Source of the DNA: Malacoraja senta
Taxonomy: Eukaryota
Assembly (NCBI GenBank): GCA_038087875.1
Contig: CM076000.1
Coordinates: 1,612,001-1,676,000 of the forward strand
DNA: 64,000 nt
Direction: 5' to 3'
Shown: piece by piece, positions 61,526 to 64,000 of the stretch
Numbering within the stretch: position 1 is the first letter of the stretch
Layout: each line of letters opens with the position of its first letter
The notes under the pieces: model-generated
The model's input: the letters and a program-made list of their open reading frames with translations, nothing else
The model's database searches: none
Told to the model about the DNA's origin: nothing
Position numbers and translations under genes: made by a program

Positions 61526-62249
61526 TCCTTTAAATCATGTCAAATTCTCTGAAATTGTCTTTGAATGTATTGTACACCCACAGCCCTTAAGATAGGGAAT
61601 GTGCGTAAAGATTTTTCCCATATCCCAATTCCTAGATGACTGATCCCTGGTTCTGAACTTATCATAATTTCTACATTCTCCTGCCTCTTGGCATCTAAAC
61701 CACAGAGCCATCTGTTCCAGTTAAAAATAAAATTTATTTTGAGTTTGGATTATTTTTTATAAATTCAATGATGTACAAATTAATTTAAAAAATCCTTCTG
61801 TTTCACATACACCTTAAGCTTTTTTGTATAGAAAAAATAATGACTTTTTATTTTCCTCTCTGTCCCACATTCCCAAAATTCTTGAATTTGGATGAAAGTA
61901 GTGGAAAGATGCTATATTTTCAGGTAGATTAATACTGTAATAAGGTTCTAAATGAAATCTTAAGAAGAGTCATATTTCATTTCTGCCCTTTAGTAGAGAA
62001 TCAAAGATGCTTTAGCTGCCAAGAACCTTGGTCTAATCCATCTGTGGACACTAAACCACGGCAAAATACATTGGGCTAGGACAGGACACCAGTAGTTCCT
62101 CATTTAAAAATACGAATAGGAATAAAACATTGAATTAAATGAAGGTTGATCCAATTTGTTACATGTCCACCTTCCCACCCTATCCCCATTTTGATCAAAA
62201 ATCTACCTCAGTTTTGAGTATATTCTCCTCAGCATTTTGGAGTAGGAAT

Positions 62250-62530
62250 TTCAAAGATTCATTCCCTCCAAGCTCATCATCAAGCTCCAAATTGTGGGTC
62301 TCTGCACCTTCATTTGCAGCTGGATCATTAACTTCCTCATCGGCAGACCTCGATCAGTGTGGAGCAGTAACACAATCTTCACTGCACTGACCAGCAACAC
62401 AGGTGTACCTTAAGGCTGTGCTTAGCATCTGCTCTACTCTCTTTGCACCCATTACCATGTGGCTAAGCATGGCTCCAATACCATCTATACGTTCACCACT
62501 TGTAATGGCAGATTATTAGGGCTACTATAA
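62250..62530 (+). mobile_element. Degenerate Rex1/Babar RT fragment
   Basis: Remnants resembling C.WI.NFL..RP.SV, NTG.PQGCVLS..LYSL.T and AKH.SN.I. Confidence 0.5.
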
Positions 62531-62869
62531 ATGGCTACTACACCACTGTTGTGGTATTGAAAGTGGTGAGAATTTTTGCCATCCACTCAGCAGCTTTTCT
62601 AAATCAGAGGAATATTCCTCTCTTTCCACCCATTGACAGACCTTCATCCAATGATGCAAATCTGGAGCACTTTCCTGACAGGTAAGCCGGTTACCGTACC
62701 TTAAATGGTGGGACTGAAGCTTGTGTCAGGCAAAAATTACCAGAATTCAGTTAAAGTCCAAATTCAAAATAATTTATTGGACGTTCTCTCTCTGGTCCCA
62801 ATCAAGAATTTATGGCTAAATGACAGACGGGTAGAAATTCCAGCTGGGCAGAAATATTTGTCTTGATCT

Positions 62870-63450
62870 CAACCCAATTTGCAGCCATTCTGGCAGATGG
62901 ATGCTAAGATTATGAGAGATTTTGAAATTGCAAAACACAGAGACAAAGTCGTATTGCAAGAAGAATTGATTGCAAATGTAAGAATGTGTGGTCCAATTAG
63001 AGAGAGCCCATAAGTGGAATACTGTGTATAGATCTGGTCTCTATATGTAAGGAACTTGCAACAGAGAGAGTCCAACAAAGATTCATTGTATTTGGTTCCT
63101 GGAATGGTGAGGATGTCTTATGATGACTGATTAAGAAAGCAGGGACAATGCTTTCTAGAATTTAGAAGAATGAAAGATTTTGTAATTAAATGTACAGAAA
63201 TCTTAAGGTGTTTGACAGAATAGACGAGGAGTTTCCTCTGACTAGAATATACAGTCTCTGCCCAAGAGGAGTGCTGAGGTTCACTTCCTGAGTAAAATCA
63301 TGACAGCGATTGAAAGAATTTAGATATTAAGGAAATCTATGGCTACAGGGGTGAGTGCAGGAAAATGCAGGTAAATAATTATTCATGATTTCATTGAATG
63401 GTGGAACAAAAATTATAGGCTTAATAACCTTCCCCTGCTATTTCCTATTT
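62870..63450 (+). mobile_element. Old CR1 fragment
   Basis: Decayed EYC.Q.WS, RF...VPGM and LEFRRM motifs plus a CR1-like tail. Confidence 0.5.
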
Positions 63451-63471
63451 TCTTAAATAATCAGAAATTAC

Positions 63472-63629
63472 CTTAAAGCCACGACGGAGTCTGGTCATAA
63501 TCACTGCAAGGAACTCTTGTTTGCTCAAACATCCATCTCCATCTACATCAAAGATCTTGAAGACCGTATCAAGCACATTATCTGACAGTTCTTGGCCTGT
63601 GGCAACTTTCACAGCTCTCTTGAATTGTC
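63472..63629 (-). CDS. MICU2: MICU2 penultimate coding exon (158 bp): QFKRAVKVATGQELSDNVLDTVFKIFDVDGDGCLSKQEFLAVIMTRLRRGFK
   Basis: TTTAG acceptor and GTAATT donor. Matches the recalled MICU2 sequence FKRAVKVATGQELS....DTVFKIFD.DGD.CLS..EF and contains an EF-hand loop. Confidence 0.93.
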
Positions 63630-64000
63630 CTAAATTTAATATTGTAAATTAGTAAAATATTTGGCACATGGAACATATATTCCTTAAGCAATTGTAGATT
63701 TACAGGTTGCGACAGGATTCTGTTCCTGAGAATCGTGCATAACAGTATGAAAGTCGGAAATGCCACTGTTCGGCAACATGTTTAAATAACCATTCAGATA
63801 TTCCAGTGAACCAGTGCCCCCATGGTAGAAGATACCTGCAGCCCCAAAATAGCTGGCACATCCATTTAAACAATTGTTCGCATGCACAGGCTGTACATAA
63901 GCTGGGCAGGACCTAGGTGTAGTATCTATTTTCATCCATTTGAAATATAATGAAATGGATATTATAAGGGCATGATGTATTATTTCATCTTCATGCTTAA

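Overview
Vertebrate genomic DNA, AT-rich and repeat-dense. The repeat set (CR1 LINEs, HE1/V-SINE-like SINEs, Penelope-like elements) suggests a cartilaginous fish such as a skate or ray; this is an inference. Two spliced genes lie on the minus strand. ZDHHC20 (DHHC palmitoyltransferase) has coding exons 1-7 at 43274 down to 6515, a CpG-rich promoter near 43.3 kb, and continues past the left edge. MICU2 has its last two coding exons at 63629-63472 and 61087-60986. All nine exons have GT-AG boundaries and join in frame. The rest is mostly transposon debris: many CR1 copies, a Passport-like Tc1 element nested in a CR1, two stacks of Helitron-like elements inserted into each other's 5' ends, several MITEs, short hammerhead-bearing Penelope-derived elements, and an internally deleted Gypsy element. 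The most striking observation is in that Gypsy element. Its primer-binding site continues for 35 nt into tRNA-Leu, has a substitution exactly at tRNA position 58 (the m1A58 stop site), and is fused directly to integrase sequence, which looks like a fossilised aberrant reverse-transcription event. Boundaries of old repeats are approximate. Family names come from recalled motifs, not database searches.
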